Assembly (NCBI GenBank): GCA_963761335.1
Contig: CAVXGR010000005.1
Coordinates: 384,001 to 448,000 of the forward strand
Source: an uncultured delta proteobacterium
GTDB lineage: Bacteria > Desulfobacterota > Binatia > HRBIN30 > BPIQ01
Reading direction: 5' to 3'
DNA: 64,000 nucleotides
Within the stretch, counting starts at the first letter, position 1. Each line of letters begins with the position of its first letter. Under the pieces are notes generated by a model that did not search any database, was not told the DNA's origin, and was given only the letters and a program-made list of their open reading frames with translations. The translations under genes were made by a program, and so were the position numbers. This document shows, one piece after another, positions 61,548-64,000 of the stretch.

Positions 61548-62355
61548 CGCCTCATGAGCCTTGCGGCTCGCCAGCAGACGATGAAAATGAGGCTGGGGAT
61601 CTGCCTTGTAGAGAGATTTGGCGGTTCTCGCCTGGGCGAAGTTCGCCCCGGAGGGGCGGTGGCGTGTAGCCCCGGGTGAAACCCGGGGAAAGATGCGCGC
61701 TCCGTCATAGGCGCCCCGCCAGGGGCGCGGGCAAGTTTTCGTCGATGTCACGCCTGTACGCCGATGCTCACCGCTGGGTGCGTGGGAAGCTCATCGAGGT
61801 GATTGACGCGGCCTCTACGCCTGCGCCCCTGCGGGGCGCTGATCTGGGCCAATCGGAACGCGGTCCCCGGGTTAACACCCGGGGCTACATGCCCGCGCCC
61901 CTCCGGGGCGATAAGCCTCCACACCGAGCGCCGGGGCTCCGACAGACCCTCCGGGGCGATAAGCCTCCACGCCAAGCGCCTGGGCTCCGACAGACCCTCC
62001 GGGGCGATGAGCTCCACCCCAGTGCCGAGGCTCCGCCAGACCTTCACCCAACAGACTTTCGAAGCAGTGCATCATGAGCCTTGCGGTTCACCAACAGACG
62101 ATGAAAATGGACGGCGTCCTGATTCACTGATCAGACGCTTGCGATGATACTTCCGCGCCACGGGGGCGGGTCTCCTCTCCCCGCATCTTTCCGCGGGGAG
62201 AGGATCAAGGTGAGGGGTTCCTGTCTCACTGAAAGCTCGTGAATCTCCACGGCCTTCACAGAGGCTCGGCACCCTCACCCTGACCCTCTTCCCGCCAAGT
62301 AATGCGGGAGAGGGAACGCGCCCCCGAAGCGCACACCCAACAGATTTCGAAGCAG
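61548..62355 (+). mobile_element. Non-autonomous composite insertion, copy C: unit 1 (61548-62067) plus unit 2 (62068-62355)
   Basis: Same ends and cargo as copies A and B; flanked by GGGGACAG and CGCACCTTTTCGGCG...CGCCGAAAAGGAGCCAGTCCCC (to 62425). Confidence 0.85.
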
Positions 62356-62531
62356 CGCACCTTTTCGGCGGCGAGTGGCGGGGCTCGCATGGAGAGATGC
62401 TTGCGCCGAAAAGGAGCCAGTCCCCTCGTCCCCAATTGAGGCGCTCGCTGCCCCCTGCTACGATCGGCGCCGCTGCGCGAAAGGGGGGGTCCCGAGCTGG
62501 ACCCGCCCTCGTCGTGCATCTGGTGTATTCG

Positions 62532-64000
62532 ATGAACTCCGGACAGAACCTGGCGCGTGCCCTCTCCGAGCCCGCAAGCGAGCCGCGCCGCTGGCGGGTT
62601 CAGGGTCTCACCACCGGGGCGCAGGCGTTCTTTCTCTTTCGCTTCCTCGCCGCCGCACCGCGGCCGGCACTGATCGTGACGCCCCGGGGGGCGGATGCCG
62701 AGCGCCTCGCCGACGACCTGCGCTTCTTCTTCGGCGAGGGCGAGGATGCCACCCCGTTCGCCCGCCGCGTGCACCGCCTGCCGTCGTGGGACGTGGTTCC
62801 CTTCGAGGACATCTCGCCGGCGCCGGAGACGGTGGCGTCGCGCATCGAGGGACTGTACCACCTGCGCCAGACGCGCAATCCGGTTCTGGTGACCACCGCC
62901 GAGGCGGTCCTGCAGCGCGTGCCGCCCGTCGATCTGTTCGCCGACCGCTGGTGGTACCTGGTCGAGGGAGACGAGCTCGACACCGAGCTGCTGTCGCGAC
63001 GCCTTGGCGGCTGGGGGTACCGCCGACTGCCGCTGGTGGAGGACCGCGGCGAGTTCAGCATCCGCGGCGGCATCATCGACATATTCCCCCCGGCGCATGC
63101 GATGCCCTTGCGGCTCGAGCTGATCGGGGACGTGATCGAGAGCATCCGCACCTTCGATCCGGTGACCCAGCGCTCGATCGAGGCGCAGCCGGAGGTCCTC
63201 TTGCTGCCGGTCAGCGAGCTGTCGCTCGCCGGCGGCGCCGATGCCGCCGCCATCCGCGCCGTCGAGCAGCGCTGTCGCGAGCTCGAGGTGAACCGCGGCG
63301 AGCGCGAGCAGATTCTCGAGAGCCTCGCCAACGGCATAGCCTATCCCGGTATCGAGTTCGCTCTTCCGTACTTCTATCCGCGCCTCGGCACGATCGCCGA
63401 CTACCTGCCGGCGGAAACCCTGCTCTGCGTCTGCGCCCCGGCCGAGTGCACCCAGGCGCTGGAGGAATGCGAGGAGGCGCAGCGCCGATGCGCCTCCGGC
63501 CGGCAGGAGACGCAGAAGTTCTATCCGCCGCCGGAGCGGCTGTTTCAGAGCGCCGCCGACTGGTGGGCCTCGGTCGAGCGCCTGCCGCGGGTGGACCTCG
63601 GCACTCTGGCTCTGGCCGACAGTGGCGTCGAAACCGTCGACATGCGCTGCGCCGGAACCCAGAACCTGCGACTGGAGCGCGGCCGCAATCAGCGCGAGAT
63701 CTCCTTCGAGCCGATCGCTCGAACCCTGCGCACCTGGTCGGCGCAGGGCGACCAGGTATTCCTGGTGGCCAGCAGCGAGACGCAGGTGCAGCGGCTCGAG
63801 GCGCTGTTTGCGGCGCACGAGGTCGAGGTCTCCGTCTGCCGCGAGTCCCTGGGCGCGGTGCTGAGCACCCCGGCGCCGCGGCCGCGCCTGCTCCTCGGAC
63901 ATCTCAGCGAGGGCTTCCGCCTTCCCGACGAACGCGTCGCCTTCGTTACCGAGGCGGATCTCTTCGGCGAGGTGCGGCAGCGCCGTCGCAGCCGGCCGGT
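62532..64000 (+). CDS. mfd: Transcription-repair coupling factor Mfd, N-terminal part (runs off window)
   Basis: Manual translation: LPSWDVVPFEDISP, GEFSIRGGIIDIFP, IESIRTFDPVTQRS, LSEGFRLP..VTEADLFG; absent from the ORF track because it has no stop in the window. Confidence 0.92.
   Translation, partial: MNSGQNLARALSEPASEPRRWRVQGLTTGAQAFFLFRFLAAAPRPALIVTPRGADAERLADDLRFFFGEGEDATPFARRVHRLPSWDVVPFEDISPAPETVASRIEGLYHLRQTRNPVLVTTAEAVLQRVPPVDLFADRWWYLVEGDELDTELLSRRLGGWGYRRLPLVEDRGEFSIRGGIIDIFPPAHAMPLRLELIGDVIESIRTFDPVTQRSIEAQPEVLLLPVSELSLAGGADAAAIRAVEQRCRELEVNRGEREQILESLANGIAYPGIEFALPYFYPRLGTIADYLPAETLLCVCAPAECTQALEECEEAQRRCASGRQETQKFYPPPERLFQSAADWWASVERLPRVDLGTLALADSGVETVDMRCAGTQNLRLERGRNQREISFEPIARTLRTWSAQGDQVFLVASSETQVQRLEALFAAHEVEVSVCRESLGAVLSTPAPRPRLLLGHLSEGFRLPDERVAFVTEADLFGEVRQRRRSRP

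Overview
A high-GC bacterial chromosome segment of about 53 genes. The pgpA-cinA-thpR-recA-pilT order and hopanoid genes suggest a deltaproteobacteria-like lineage (inference only). It contains: (i) a joint caa3-type oxidase plus Rieske/cytochrome b-c operon; (ii) a phosphonate-lipid-type cluster (PEP-mutase-like/NTP-transferase fusion with a non-canonical active-site loop, split ThDP decarboxylase, cytidylyltransferase, CDP-alcohol phosphotransferase) between hpnK and an HpnL-like flippase gene; (iii) hpnJ behind a partial arn (formyltransferase-arnD-arnT) run; (iv) a malQ / diadenylate cyclase / otsAB / L,D-transpeptidase block; (v) a large exported cytochrome c plus copper-monooxygenase-like protein; (vi) recA and a partial mfd. 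The most striking non-coding signal is a nested mobile-DNA system. Two different non-coding units with shared ends are inserted in tandem at the same base (GGGGACAG|G) of a palindromic REP-like host at three loci. A truncated inverted copy and two empty host copies also occur in the window. No transposase is present. There is also a six-unit GTAG-REP doublet array (not CRISPR) and several 7-8-mer periodic palindromes. I recognised no rRNA, tRNA or CRISPR-Cas. All protein calls come from motif recognition by eye, and some start codons are uncertain.
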